Assembly: GCF_026210795.1 (NCBI RefSeq)
Contig: NC_089432.1
Coordinates: forward strand, 4,154,001 to 4,218,000
From: Rhizophagus irregularis
Taxonomy: Eukaryota
Direction: 5' to 3'
DNA: 64,000 nt
Positions 1-14,236 of the stretch are shown here, in pieces. Each line of letters starts with the position of its first letter. The stretch's first letter is position 1. The position numbers and the translations under genes are program-made. The notes under the pieces were generated by a model that ran no database searches, was not told where the DNA came from, and was given only the letters and a program-made list of their open reading frames with translations.

Positions 1-610
1 CATGTCGGTGAAATGGCATTTTGGTGAAAAGCTGAAACGGAGCCCCATAAAAAATTTTTCAGAAATGATCACGGGACTGGGTTTCTTTGGAATAAAATGA
101 TCATTTATAGGAGTTTTTTCATATAGGGAGTAGGTAAATTTCATATCGGTAAAATAGAAGTCAGCAAAATGGTGTTGGTTAATTTCACGTAATTGAAATG
201 GCTGTAACCCAATACGTCATCTTAATATAATCAAAACTATGAAAACAAATTTTAATCCTGTTAAATACTTAAATTAATGTTAATCACAAGGTTTAAAAAT
301 TCTCAAGGAATTAGAAAGATATTCTATAGTTTAGATTCAACAACTGTCTGACGTGTAGTATAGATTTTATTTCTCAAATTTTTTTTGCGGGTATTTATAT
401 TATGTTTTATTATCATTATAATTTGAACTCTTTCTTCAAACACATTATAATCTCCCTGTAAAAAATTTTTCAGAAAAATGATCACGTGTTTTGAGTTTCT
501 TCAGAATAAAAATTAGAAAGTGATTATTTATCTAAGTTTTTCCAAAATTTTTTTATAAGACCTGAGCCTGAGTTATTATTAGCAAATATATTTTTGAACG
601 GTATCCAGAC

Positions 611-977
611 TAGAGGTCTGCATTGACCACTATTTTACAACCCAGCCTGGCCCACACTTGGAAATTAACATAAAGTGCCCAGCCTGACCTGGACTTAAAA
701 TATCAAAAACCCAGCCTGGACCGGACCTGGACTTTTATTATATTATTTTGTTGTAAAAACAAAAAAATTGGCCAACTTAATTTTGGCCAGTTTTAATTTC
801 GGCCGGAATTAAGACGATTTTGGCCAGAATTACAAAAATCTGGGTTTGACGAAAATTCATGTGCCGGCCTGGACCCAGTCCGGGTGAATTTTGAAGAAAA
901 TTTGCCGGCCTAAACCCGGATCTGGGTCTGGGCCGGGTTAGGGTTTCCAGGTTCCAGGTCCCATTTGCAGACCTCTA
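611..977. mobile_element. hAT-type MITE A
   Basis: Perfect 12-bp TIR TAGAGGTCTGCA / TGCAGACCTCTA; 8-bp TSD ATCCAGAC at 603-610 and 978-985; GC-rich subterminal repeats (cctggac/ccagcc). Confidence 0.9.
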
Positions 978-985
978 ATCCAGAC

Positions 986-1603
986 TAGGATGGCAATGGT
1001 CACGGTTATTAACCAATCATAACCAGTTATGACCGTGATCGATATCATTCAGTCAAAGGCTTCTGACTGACTATTTACAGCAAATTCAAAATATATGGGA
1101 TACGAGCAATTTGATTGTTGGGTTGTCAGGGTTATTATATAATCTGATATACTACTTACTATTATACTCATATCATGATTGTCACGTGTTATTTATACTT
1201 TTCTAATAAATAACCTACTGCTGAGTAACCCAGCTACCTGACAACCTGACAATCAATTTTCTTAAGTTTCCCGTATATTTTGAATTTTACTGTAACTGAC
1301 TGTTTAACTGACCATTAACTGACCATTTAATCATTTAACACTTTTTTTATGAACTTAATCAATAAAAAAAGTTGTTATAACATTTCTTTAGTGGATTTAA
1401 TCAAAAAAAAAACACTTTAACATTTGTTCTTAATTAAATTCATTAAAAAAAATGGTTAAATGGTCAGTTAAACGGTTGGTTGAATGGTTCGTTCAACAGT
1501 CAGAAAAACAGTCAGTCAAAATGGTCAGTCGGTCAAAGGCCCTTAACCGGTAACCGGTTATGACTGACCGATAACTGATCGTGACCGACCATTGCCATCC
1601 CTA
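986..1603. mobile_element. hAT-type MITE B
   Basis: TIR TAGG(G)ATGGCAATGGTC / GACCATTGCCATCCCTA, with an Ac-like TAGGGATG start; flanked by ATCCAGAC at 978-985 and 1604-1611. Confidence 0.88.
1078..1292. mobile_element. Tc1/mariner-type MITE nested in MITE B
   Basis: Long imperfect TIR CAGCAAATTCAAAATATATGGGA... / ...TCCCGTATATTTTGAATTTTACTG; TA on both sides (1076-77, 1293-94). Confidence 0.8.
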
Positions 1604-3084
1604 ATCCAGACTTTTCACTAAGTTCGTATTACTGAAACTCATTCCGAAGTTATTTTGCCAAAATGAAATTTCGCTGGAGTGATATCATTAAATTGAAGTT
1701 TTCAGATTTAATATTATCCAATCAAAAATTGTCACGTTTTAATTGATGATAAAGATATTAATATAGTATGATATTTTTGATTAATTATTTTTAATTAACA
1801 GTAAACAGTTAATATCAAATACACCTTTGACTAATTTAATTATTATTTTTGAAGAAATTATATGGTATATGAATTATTAACCTTAATTGAATAATTTCTA
1901 TAAAATAATTGACCTTATTAAAATTTTTATTAATAATGAGATTATCAGAAAATTTTTTGTTTTCTTATTAAAATATTTTAGTTGCCATCCTTTCAAGAAT
2001 TTCAATGATTTTTTTCTTCTAAATAAATACATTATTTATCACGGGTTATTTTTCCAATAGTAAATAGTAGACATGAATATAAAGATTCTTCAGTTTATTT
2101 CTGAAAAATATTCCAAGATTTTTTTAATAATACAATGCATACTTTGGAAGTGATCTATTGTTTTCTTTTTTATTTAAAGGTAAAAAAATTGAACAAAGAA
2201 AGCGACTTATTCATAATTTACATCATGCGATTTAATTTATATTTATAATAATTATGTATTTTCTTTTTATTCTAATCCCTTATCTTTAAAAATAATATGA
2301 CTTATTTATAATTGTTTTGCTTTGTATTCTATTTTCGCTAAAATTTAATTTATCTTTCTTTAAAAAATCACCTATGCAAATGATAAATTAGAAAAAAATA
2401 AATGGATAATTATCTAAATGAATATTATTAAACTAATTAACTAATATGTATCATATTATGAAAATTCTCATTCAATTTAGATTTGGAATTCCAATATTAT
2501 GAAAGAATTATATTCCGTAAAAGAAAAGCTTTTGAATGATTAAAATACTAAAATATAAATAAATTAGAATGAAATGTTACACTACTAAAATTCAATAATA
2601 ATCATTGCATTTTTATAATTGTTAGTAATAAGCATAGTTATAAGTAAGGTTAAAAAACTTTTAATTAATTAATTTATTTATTCTTTTTATTTTGATGAGA
2701 AAGGTTAGAAAAAGCTATTAAAAATCATTTTGTATAGAATATGATCCGAAAACTGACTAGCAACTTTCTTTTAGAGATTTATGTTTTACTTATTATTATC
2801 TTTTACAATTGAGTTTTTCCCTATAATTTATTTTTACATTTTTAAACTTTTAATGTTTGAAAGACATTTTAATTTCAAAAGAAAAATATTATGACATAAA
2901 CAAAAATATAAAAGAAATTTACTATATAAAAATGATTATATAAAATAGATAAAATTATAACAATCCATTTATTTATATTTTAAAGCAGTATATTTATAAT
3001 CTTATAAAAAAAAAAATACTGTAATTCTGTAAATAAATAAATTTAAGATTTACAATTGAATAATTAAAGAAAAATTATTATAAA

Positions 3085-5274
3085 TTATTGATTTTTTTGA
3101 AGTTCCTTTAATTTATTTTGTGCATCTTGATCTCCTTGTTTGGCAGATTTTTCATACCAATAAATTGCTTTACCTATATCTTTTGTAATTCCATTTCCTT
3201 TTTCATACATTAAAGCAAGATTATATTGTGCATCATTATATCCTAAATTTGCAGCATTTTGATATAATTCAAAAGTTTTATTATAATCTTTTTCAATACC
3301 AATTCCATTTTTATAAAAATAACCAAGATTAAATATTGCTATTACATTTCCATCATTTGCAGCTTTTCCATACAAATAAAAAGCCTTTTTAAAATCTTTT
3401 TCAACACCTATTCCATTTTCATAACAATAACCAAGACTTAATTGACCATATGATAAATTTTCATTAGCCACTTTTTCATGATATTCAAAAGCTAATTTAT
3501 CATTTTTCATAGTTCCATGTCCAAGTCTATAACAATGACCAATATATTGTTGTGTCAATATATGATTTTTCTCTGATGTATTAATATACAAATTAAATGC
3601 TTTCTCATCATTTCTATTTGTTACAATTCCATAATGATTAAAATATCCAAGAATAAAAATAGAATTAGAACTATTTTGATTATTTAATAACCAATTATAA
3701 AATTCTTGTGAATTTATATTATGATTATAAAAATATTCAATAACTCGTTTTCTTGATTCCTTTTCAATTCCTTTAATATTTAATTCAGTAATAAAGTCAT
3801 TTATTTCATTAGCTATCATGTTAAAATCTTTTTCAGTTGAATGATTTTCTTGTTTACTTGATATTGCCATAGAATCAATTTCTTTTGTATTCATTTTATT
3901 AAAATTTTGAATAAGTTGAGATAAATCTCCTTGCAATTCTGAATTATTACTGCTTGAAGAATTCTCATTAAGTTCTAATTCATTTGATATTTGATGATCT
4001 TCTACTATTACATCTTTTTTTGTAATTATTGAATTTAACCAATCAACTACTTGATATATAGTTGGACGATTATCTGGTTCCCCATTCCAACATTCTAAAA
4101 GCAAGCATAATTGAGAATTAATAACATTCAAATTACAAAAATTTTAAAACATAAAATTATTACTTACTGGTATAAATTTTAACATATTCATCAGGTGTAT
4201 CAGGAACAACAGTTTCTCTATGACCTTGCGAAATATCCAAAGCTAAACCAATGTCATATTGTTCACCTTCAACATAAAAAGGAGGTTTCCCGCTGGATAT
4301 CTCCCATAGTAATACGCCCAAACTATAAATATCGCTTTTTTCATTTAATGAATACATTTGTGTTGATTGGTTATTATTTCTTCGTCTACTAAAACTTTTT
4401 GGGTCGACGTAAGGAACTATCCCAAATAATTTAGATTGAAAATTTGATGATGCTCCAATCCTTTTGGATAATCCAAAATCCGCTAATTTAATTGTGTTAT
4501 TACGTACAAGTATATTACAGGAGTGCTATTAATAAATGTATATTCAGATAAGTAATACAGTATAATATTATTAATAATCGAATAATCTTAAATAAATTAC
4601 CAAATCACGATGCACTATTCCTTCGTTATGTAAGCATGATACAGCGCAAGATAACTGGTGTGCCATTTTATATTTGTCGTCCCAAGAAAGTTTAGTAAAG
4701 TTTTCCTTCAAATAACACCGAAGATTACCACCGTCAGCGTACTCCATTACTAACCAATAATTATTATGATTATCTAATGAAAAAAAAAAATCATTAAAAT
4801 GCATTTTTTTGAATTTTGCGATTAACAAGAATATCATATTTATTAAAAATAATTTCGGTCAATAATACCTGTCTCGAGTTTTGTTATCCCATAGCAACGA
4901 ATAATGTTATCATGAAAATCAACTTCTCGTTGAATTTTTAACTAAAATAAAATTTAAATATTTAAAAATAAGTATAATATTAAATAAATATAATCATAAA
5001 CGAAAAAAATTATTTCATATTAAATTACCTCACGAACAATTTCTTTCACGGTGACGTTATCAAGACTAAAAAAAGATTTTAACGCAAATTGTTTTTCTGA
5101 TCTTTTCCAATTTGCACGATATACTTTCCCGAAACCTCCGGTACCAATGTGTTGAATATTATTAAATTGGTTGTATTCATAATATTTAAAATATTCTTTA
5201 TCAACAGCTTCCTCAATCCAACTGACCCATTCATTTGTATACTCGGTATCTTGCATTTTGATATTATCGGACAT
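3085..5274 (-). CDS. TKL-type protein kinase with C-terminal Sel1-like repeats (5 exons)
   Basis: Exons carry [44 protein letters not shown] and ECW..P.RP, then about 5 Sel1 repeats; GT-AG introns (first donor at 5028). Confidence 0.92.
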
Positions 5275-5489
5275 TATTGAACGTATTGAATAATGATAAG
5301 TTAGCAGTAAAATTAGAAAAAAAAAAAATTATTAAAGTTTATTGTGTATACCTATTTTATATTTTTTTTTTCTCCGATGATAGTCGTACAAGCGTACGGC
5401 GTGATTTAGTATTACCTGCTACCAAACAATCAGTCGATGTTCACATGTTCACCTTGATACCGCAGTACGCAGTAATTTCACTTTATATA

Positions 5490-5499
5490 ATGACGTCAT
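5490..5499. promoter_or_regulatory. ATGACGTCAT palindrome (CRE/ATF-type bZIP site) upstream of the kinase-Sel1 gene
   Basis: Perfect palindrome about 215 bp upstream of the ATG; the same 10-mer is at 16727, 23114 and 32029 upstream of the paralogs. Confidence 0.5.
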
Positions 5500-5627
5500 C
5501 AAGAAATTTTGAAAAACAACAATATTGTTAAATGTCATATCGTAAAAAGAATATATTAAAAGTATTAATCCACATAATTATTTACAGAGTAATTATATTA
5601 AGATATATACAACTATCTTGATAAAAA

Positions 5628-7379
5628 TCAAATTTTTTTGTTCGTTATAAAAGTTGAAGTTATTTGAATAAAATTGAATAAATGATCACTACCACAATCA
5701 TTCCAACAACATATTGGAGTCTTTTTAAAATGTGTTGTTATAAGATGAAAATAAGAATATTCTAATTTATCAAATATATCATTACAAAGTTTACATTTAT
5801 ATTGTTTAGAATATTTAAAAATATAATTTGATTTAATATAAATGTAATAAATGTTATTTTTTGAAAAAAATTCTAATGGTTTTCTTCCCATTTCTTTCCA
5901 TAAATTAAAAAAATTTTCTAATTCTAAATTAGAGAATTTCCATTCACCAATTAAATGAATATTAATTAAAAGGGGGGATGATGATTTTATAGCTAATAAA
6001 TGTAAAATTTTTTTGGTTAAAATATTATTAAATGATTTTGTGGCGTAAATGATGATTTTTTTGAGTTTTGAACAAGATTTCAATAAATCTTCAAATTCTT
6101 CCAAAGATGTCGATCCCAACCACACCGGTAAAACTTCAATATTTGAACACACCATTTTAATCGCGTGAAGATAATATTCAATTGACAATGGTGATGGAGA
6201 TGTATTTCGTGATAACAATGTTGTATCAATCGTATATGTTGTATTGTTCGTTATCACTTCAATTGCATTATTCGTATGAGGACGAATATTAAGAATTTTT
6301 AAAGTATCTTTTGTTGTTTCTATTAATTTAGCAACAAATATTAAATCTTTCTCTCTAAAATTTAGTAAAGAAAGAATTTCAAGTTTTGATAAATAGACTC
6401 CTTTAAAATTATTATCATTAACATCATCTTCATTATAATCAAAACTATGAAAACAAATTTTTAATTCTGTTAAATTAATAAAATTTGTAATTGCTTGAAT
6501 TGGCAAATAAGTACAATTACAAAGTTCAAGAATTCTTAAAGAATTAGAAAGATGTTCGATAGTTTTCTTTTTAAAAAGATTCACCATCGATCTGACGTAA
6601 ATAAATTTTATTTCTCTCAAATTTTTTTGCGAGAGAATTAAAGTACTAATATTATCATTATATTTCGAATTTTCTTCAGACATAATACTAATATCTTCTG
6701 AATCAGAATCCGAAAGATCACTTATAGTACTATTATGATAAATTGAATTTTCAGATTCAATATTATCTAAACAAAATTCAATACGTTTTAAATTATGAAT
6801 ATTTTTTGATAATTCAAGAATAATTTCTTCAGGACAAGTAATAATATTAATCTTTAAAATTGAAAGTGATAATAATGATCTTTTTGATATAGAAAATTCA
6901 AAAATATTAAAATTTGGCATATCAAGATATTTAATTTTTGAACATCTTTTCATAAAAAATGACCAAAATTTTTTTTGATATTTTTGAATAATTTTTTTAT
7001 CATCAATATTACCAAATATACCTTTGATTAATTTATTTATTACATCTAAAGAAATTATTTGAATATATAAAACGTAATTGAATAATGGTTGTTTTTGTAA
7101 TAATAATAAAAGATCTTTATTAAATTTTTTTAATAAGAAGGGAGAATTTTTGATTTCTTGTAAAAAACATTTAATTATAGTTCTTCCAAGTATATTCCAA
7201 TAATTTTTTTCTTTTGAATCGATACATTTTAAATCAATATTTATCCAAGGATTTCTCCATAATATTGGTATAACAAATCGACAAAATAATCTATTGGTAA
7301 GTAAACATGAATATAATGATCTTTTATCTTCTGAAAGATATTCGATGATTTCTCTAATACAATCTTCAGAGAGTGACAT
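5628..7379 (-). CDS. F-box / leucine-rich-repeat (RNI-like) protein, 583 aa, with a possible C-terminal C2H2-like motif
   Basis: N-terminal LSEDCIREIIEYL...LYSCLLTNRLFCRFVIPILWRNPW is a typical fungal F-box; LxxLxL repeats; CKLC..H...H near the end. Confidence 0.88.
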   Translation of the reverse strand: MSLSEDCIREIIEYLSEDKRSLYSCLLTNRLFCRFVIPILWRNPWINIDLKCIDSKEKNYWNILGRTIIKCFLQEIKNSPFLLKKFNKDLLLLLQKQPLFNYVLYIQIISLDVINKLIKGIFGNIDDKKIIQKYQKKFWSFFMKRCSKIKYLDMPNFNIFEFSISKRSLLSLSILKINIITCPEEIILELSKNIHNLKRIEFCLDNIESENSIYHNSTISDLSDSDSEDISIMSEENSKYNDNISTLILSQKNLREIKFIYVRSMVNLFKKKTIEHLSNSLRILELCNCTYLPIQAITNFINLTELKICFHSFDYNEDDVNDNNFKGVYLSKLEILSLLNFREKDLIFVAKLIETTKDTLKILNIRPHTNNAIEVITNNTTYTIDTTLLSRNTSPSPLSIEYYLHAIKMVCSNIEVLPVWLGSTSLEEFEDLLKSCSKLKKIIIYATKSFNNILTKKILHLLAIKSSSPLLINIHLIGEWKFSNLELENFFNLWKEMGRKPLEFFSKNNIYYIYIKSNYIFKYSKQYKCKLCNDIFDKLEYSYFHLITTHFKKTPICCWNDCGSDHLFNFIQITSTFITNKKI

Positions 7380-8373
7380 TATGAATTGAATCGAAAAAGA
7401 TTTGTTTAATGAATAAAAGATAGAAAGGAAAAATGGGTATTATTTATAATAATTTTCTTGGACGCGTTAATTACATAATCGATGTATCGGACGTTAAAAA
7501 TTTTCATTTATTCAAATAAGGAAAATAAGATTATAAAGTTAAACTCGAGGATTTTAACAGAACCAATTTATATAGTAGAATAAGAATAAACTTCCGAAAT
7601 TCGTTTAAACTTTAAACTTACATCAAAAATGATAATCAATTTCCAAAATTATACTGCGGAGAATGATTTGATCCTCGTGATACAATTAAATATTATAGGG
7701 CCGTCAAAAATTTCCCTTCCACAAATATCTAATAAAAGTATTATTATATTATGCAGTAAGGAAATTTCAGATACCGAACTCATTAAACAATAGTTATTAT
7801 TAGAATATAACTACGCTTATTATGCACAAATTTCTGTCGCACAAAAAATTTTTTCGTTACACAAACAGAAATTACACTCTTTTTGTCGGTAAATGGTCAA
7901 ATAATGGTTCAAAAAAATTCCGCCTAAGAAGAATTCACGTTTCACAATGATTTGATTTAATGTTTAAAGAATCCAATTCAGTCTTATCAATCATAATTTC
8001 AAATGTTGAAAAAAATAATCGGTGTTTGATCAACGCTGGATTTATTGATCACATTCCTGATATAGGAGTTTTAAAAGTAAGAGGGTTAAGTTTTCTTTGT
8101 TTAAAATCCTGTTCAATTACATATGTGGCTGTGGCTCAAAACGCCTGCAAGTAATTGTTAATTCTACAGGTTGATCCTAAAGAAGTATTCTTCTAATATT
8201 ATTGAGGAACAATTTGTTTATTAAAAAAACAAGAATGACACCATACTTGGAAACGACCATACTAATTTTATATAAATAGCATAAAAAAAAAATTTAATTT
8301 TTTTTTTAAAAAAAAAGTCTTTTTTTCTCGTTATCGTTAACCCGCAATAATAATAATAAATTTTATATTCATC

Positions 8374-10408
8374 ATGTCATATAATACCGAAACTAATGAA
8401 TGGGTTAATTGGGTTGAGGAAGCTATTTCTAAGAAGCGTATTGTACATTACGAATATGAATATTTTAGGAATATTAAAGAAATTGGTACCAGTGACCTTG
8501 GGAAAGTTTATCGTGCAAATTGGAAAAATAATTTTCAATTTTTTGGATTGAAATCTCTTTCTAATATTAATGATAATGCCATTAAAGAAATTATTAATGA
8601 GGTAAATTAAATAAATTTTTGCTTTTTTTTTTTAAAAAAAAAACCTTTTATATTTATATTTCGTTTAAATTTAAATTAGCTTGAACTTTATCGTAAAATT
8701 GATTCTCATGAAAATATTATTAATTTTTACGGGATCACCATTGCGGATCAAGGTATGCTGCGTCGTTAATATTTTTGTTAAAATATAATAAAACCATAAT
8801 AAAAAAAAAAAATTTTTTTAATTTAATTTAGAAAACCAATTTGGTAAAATTCAGAAATATTTATTGGTAATGGATTATATTGAAGGTGAAACTCTTGAAG
8901 AATATTTAAAGGAAAATTTTCATAATCTCACATGGAGAAAAAAATCCGATTTAGCGTACCAATTGGCTCGCGTTGTTTCGTACTTGCATCACAAAGGAAT
9001 CACACACCGTGACCTGGTAATTATTATTGAGATACTTATTAATAAAAAATTTATGATTATTTAATTAATTTAAACCTTTTTAATAGAATTCTGGTAATAT
9101 AATAGTTTATCAAAATACCGTCAAGATAGCTGATTTTGGGTTGTCAAAACGAATTAAGGAAGCGACATCTAAGAAGAAAATAGATTTATTCGGCGTAATT
9201 CCTTATATTGATCCAAAAAGATTCGACAAACAATTGTATCCATTAGATGAAAAAAAAAGTGATGTATACAGTGTTGGAGTGCTCTTATGGGAAATATCAA
9301 GCGGAAAGCCTCCCTTTTATGTAGAAGGTCAACCATATAATAATAATTTGGCTGTAAAAATTTTACAAGGTTACAGAGAACCAATTGTTCCTGATACTCC
9401 TGCAGATTATGTTAAACTATATACTGGTAAGTTTATCGTTATTTAATTAATATTTTACATAAAATAAAGAGTAATGACGTACGTATATTTCATTATCTAG
9501 AATGTTGGGACGGCGAACCAGATAATCGACCATCTATGAACAATGTTGTTAATAGATTAAGAATAATTAATTTACAATCAGGTGCGAGGAAAACGAGTGT
9601 AAATAACCAATTAACGAATGAACGTACGAATTTAAACGGAAACGAAAATTCATCAAATAATATATCATATCAAATTATTGTTAATAAAACAACAGAATAC
9701 ATATTTGAGACGATAAATAAAGGATTATTAGGAAAACTTCATATTCTTGATTATTTTAAAAATAATAATATCAATTCACAAGAAATTTATGATTGGTTAA
9801 TAAATAATCAGGAGAATTCAAATTCGAATTTTTTATTGGGATATTTTAATTATTATGGAGTTGCAACGAATGAAAATCATGAAGTTGCATTTAAATTATT
9901 TTTAAAAGCGTCAGAAAAAGATCATATATTAGCACAATCTTATGTTGGTAAATTTTATCAATATGGATTAGGAACAACAAAAAATGAGAAATTAGCTTTT
10001 GAATATTTTGAAAAATTGGCATATAGGAATTATGCTATAGGACAAGTAGATATTGGATATTGTTATAGTCAAGGCGTAGGTACGGGAAAAGATTCAAATA
10101 AGGCCGTTTTTTGGTATGAAAAGGCTGTAAAAAATAAAAGTATAGTAGCCATGAGTAATCTGGGTACTAAATATAAAAATGGGGAAGGAATTATTAGAGA
10201 TGATAAAAAAGCTTTTGAATTGTTTAAAAAATCAGCTGAAGGAGGTTATTTATACGGAATGAAAATGTTGGCATATTGTTATGATAATGGAATTGGAACA
10301 AATATCGATAAGCAAAAAGCAACTGAAATACATCAAAAGATTATGAATAAGAAAAAAAATGAATCTTCTGACGAGTTAACTCGTAAGTCAAAACGAGTCA
10401 AAGTTTAA
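8374..10408 (+). CDS. TKL-type kinase-Sel1-repeat protein (divergent paralog, 5 exons)
   Basis: EWVNWVEEAI N-terminus, LVMDY, THRDL|NSGN, IADFGLS, KSDVYSVG and Sel1 repeats at 9830-10330; same intron positions as the paralogs. Confidence 0.88.
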
Positions 10409-10949
10409 TATAAATATAAAATAATATGAAAATATATTTGATATTTTATTATGATAAGTTTTTTACGTTATTTACGTTATTTACGAATATTAAGTTCAAA
10501 ATATTTAATAATAAAAAGAAGTAAAAAAAAAAAATATTAAAATAATAAAATTTTTATACTGTATTTATTCTATAAATGTAAAACTATATGTTGTTTCATA
10601 AATCTAAAAATAACCGAATTTTCTTTACTGTGCTGAAACTTGCGAATCTCATTATACAAATCTTACATTTTTTCATAGATAAGTTGGAGTGAATTTTAAT
10701 TTTATAAACGGAACAACATTTTGAAAAATTTAATTTGTCAATCATTGCAAGTTAATTTATGATTTAATTAACCGGTTAAGTCCATATTAACCGTTAAGAT
10801 TTTTTTACAACATATATTACTATATTTATTATTTTAACTGCGTCTTATAAATCAAATTTAAAAAATAATAAAAGATATACACCAGTTTATATACGCATCG
10901 CTTAGTTCTTCATTGTTGTTTGTGAGAGAAAGTTCTTGAATAACTGGAT

Positions 10950-13434
10950 CTAATTTTTAATGCGTTTTCCTATTTTTTAATTAGAAAGATAAATAAATAT
11001 AAATAACAAATTTTATTAATATTTTAAAATCAAATAAAATATTCACCATCATTTTCACAAGAATGAATATTTAATTCTTCAATATTTCGCTTAATTCTAA
11101 GTGAGGTGAGTCTACTACTAATATAAAATTGTATTTTATTGAAGACTTTCATTGTTGGATTTAAATTATAATTAACAATATTTTTAATTTTAAATTACCT
11201 TTTAATATCTATGTCTAATTCTAATTCTTTTGAAATGTAATCTATAAAAAAAAGAATTTTAAAATCATCTACCCAAAGATTACTTTTATTAAAATAGCGC
11301 AGTACATACCATTTGATGAAAAACTGATGGATGAACATTTAGTAAATATAGATGAACATTTAGAAATGTAAGAGTTTAATAATCTACTTGTATAAATAGC
11401 TTTTGGATGAGATTTTTCATTAAACTTGGGAAGCTTCGTTGAATATATTAACCCTTCTCTTTTTAGTTCAGCTTGGTAAAATTGATTAGCGTCTAAAATT
11501 TGTATATACCATGACTTATAAGTATCCCAAATTTTACTTATAGAAGGTCTTTTTTTTGGATCAGAATCCCAACAACTTTTCATTAAATTAGCATAACATT
11601 CTGGTGTATCTTCTGTAATTTCAGGTCGTACACCATCAATAATATTATAAATAAGTCTATGATCATGTTCAACATTAGCAAAAGGCTTACAACCTGTTGT
11701 AAGTTCCCACATAATCATACCCAAACTATAAATATCGGATTCTTTAGAAAATGCTGATCCTTTAAATATTTCTGGTGCAATATAAGGTATTACTCCATAT
11801 ATTTCATCATCCGATGAGGTATCATTTGCTGATCGTGATAATCCTAGATCTCCTATTTTATAAAAAGTGCGCGTAACATAATCATCATTGAAATTACTTA
11901 CCAATATATTTCCACTATGAAAATCTCGATGTATGAAATTTGAATCATGGACAGCCATAAGTCTAAAATAAGATTATTAAATTAGTATTACAAAGTAATC
12001 ATTATCAATATATTTAAAATATAAATACCCTGATGAAATATCATATAAAATTGATAACTTTTGACTCCAATCAATTTTTGTAAATTTCTTTTGTAAATAT
12101 TTATGTAAATCTCCTTCCGATGCATATTGCATAACTAATATATAATCATCCAATTTGGGACCTTTTGTAAAACCAAAAGTTTCAATAATCTTTGAATTTA
12201 AGTAATAACATCGATGATTCGACTCCAACTATAAATTCGAGATTAAAATTAAAATATTTTGCAAACATCAAATAAAAAATACGAATTTTTAAGTATTTAC
12301 CTCTTTCAAAAAATATTTTTTAGCATATTGAAGATTTTTGAATCTTTTTAAAATGACAATTTCTCTCTTCCAATGTTTCAATTGTAAACTATATATCCAG
12401 TAACAGGTTGCTTGATATATGACGCTAAATCCTCCTTCTGCTATTTTTTTTACATTTTTAAATTTAGAATATGGTATATATCTCATTAATTTTCCTAACT
12501 TTCCTTTAATTTTATCACGTAAAGAATTATTATATATCTCGGATGGAATGAAATACTTAACATTTTTTAAATCGTTAGCGAATTTATCTATGTTCAATTG
12601 ATTCAAAAAATCATGTCTTATATTAATAAGAAAATCATCTATAACGCTATCTCCACTATTAATACTAATAATTTTTGTTCTATCAAAAATAATAGTTGAT
12701 ACTCTTTTGCATTTTATACATTGCGATTGATTTGTAATTCCAAAAATAATATTTGTTGTTAAACAATATCTACATCCAATAAAAAATATTAAACAATTAT
12801 CACAAAACTTTTGACAGTTTGATATAAATAATAATTTATTATCACAATAACAAGTACTTGTATATTCCCAAAATGGTAAATAAATAATTGAAATAAACTT
12901 TTTAGTTAAGGTTGATTCTACACATCCAGAAGAGATTAAATAACAATTTGAACATAATTTAAATTCTCTCATAATATAATAATCTGTTCCTTGATATAAT
13001 AATTTTCCACATAGTTTACAATATCTTTCACTTTCAATCACGTTTTCGCAAATGTACAGATTACTTTTCATATTCGAATTATTGCCAATAAATACTTGTT
13101 TAAAATAAAATACTATCAAGCAATTTCTACAGCATTCTTGAATATTTTGTGGTATTTTTGTTCTACTTATTTCGTGTTCATTACATTCCAAATCCTTTGT
13201 GAATAAATATACGTCCAAGTATAGATTATTATCAGTTATATTAGTTAAATAACTCAATAAACATTTTTTGCAGTATTTTTGGTTACAAAAAATCGCCGTT
13301 GTGTATTCTTCTCCACAATGAATACAATAATTATCTTCCCAGTTAAAAGAAATAAAAAAAATCGGTACGGGACTAGATTTTAATTTGGGTGTTGGATCAA
13401 AAGAATTTTCATCATTTAATTTTACAAGTTCCAT
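10950..13434 (-). CDS. TKL-type kinase with a long Cys-rich (CxxC) N-terminal region
   Basis: ORFs 12289-13434, 11977-12228 and 11269-11958 give AEGGFSVIY, VILK, LVMQYA, HRDFHSGN, DLGLS and YGVIPYIAPE; small 3' exons near 11200-11240, 11050-11118 and 10950-10970 (3' end approximate). Confidence 0.85.
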
Positions 13435-14236
13435 TTTATAATATTACAGTATAAGTAAGTATAGAAAATTCAACTTATTTATAGTTTTTCAAATTCTTAT
13501 TTAATGAACCGTTGAATAGGATGTATAGGATGTATAATTTTCTGTCGGCGAATTCGCCCTAGTACTACGGAAAATTCGGTTTTTATTATCGAAGGACAAA
13601 AATGCATATAATGTGACATTGATCTGCATGTCTCACGTTGAAAAGAACAAAGACTAAAGTGTTTGATTTCACAACATTTTCAAACCAATCCAAATCATAT
13701 AAATGTTTATAATTTTTTGGCTTTTGTGTTTAATAATGTTAGAATTTGAAAAAAAGAAAATTTTTATGCAAGTAAATTACCAAATATTACATTCTAAATA
13801 TTGCGTAAAATACTATATATATGTATATATTGTTGACGGTAAAAATATAAAAAATTGAAAAGAATAAACCGAATTTTTATTATATTAAAAGTACTTCGAC
13901 CTCACTACAAATGCACTTATGCTCCACCAGTAAAAAAAAAATATTGCACATAACGCCATGCCGTTCCACACCAACTAATGATGATAATTTAAGAGGAATT
14001 TTTTTAACAAAATTTGAAATTCTTTACTAAATTTAGTTACAGAGAAAGGTTTAACATTTGTTGCTATTAAATTAATACAAACCACAATAAATACTCTAAA
14101 AGTTTTGTCCTCATACGAATAATGCAATTGAAGTGATAACAAATAATGCAACATATACGATCGATACAACATTGTTATTACGAAATACATCTCATCACCA
14201 TTTTCAACAAATTATTTTTTCACACGATTAAAATAA

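Larger units (their letters stand above)
212..2140 (-). pseudogene. Decayed F-box/LRR gene copy, interrupted by MITEs
   Basis: About 1805-2140 aligns by eye to the 5' part of the intact F-box gene (7010-7370; e.g. acatgaatataaagat...tctgaaaaatattc). About 212-450 aligns to 6430-6690 (tataatcaaaactatgaaaacaaattt...). No open frame. Confidence 0.7.

Noticed and set aside
1..210. Right end of a Mutator-like element resembling 38494-38636
   Set aside because: Truncated by the window edge and too degenerate to define.
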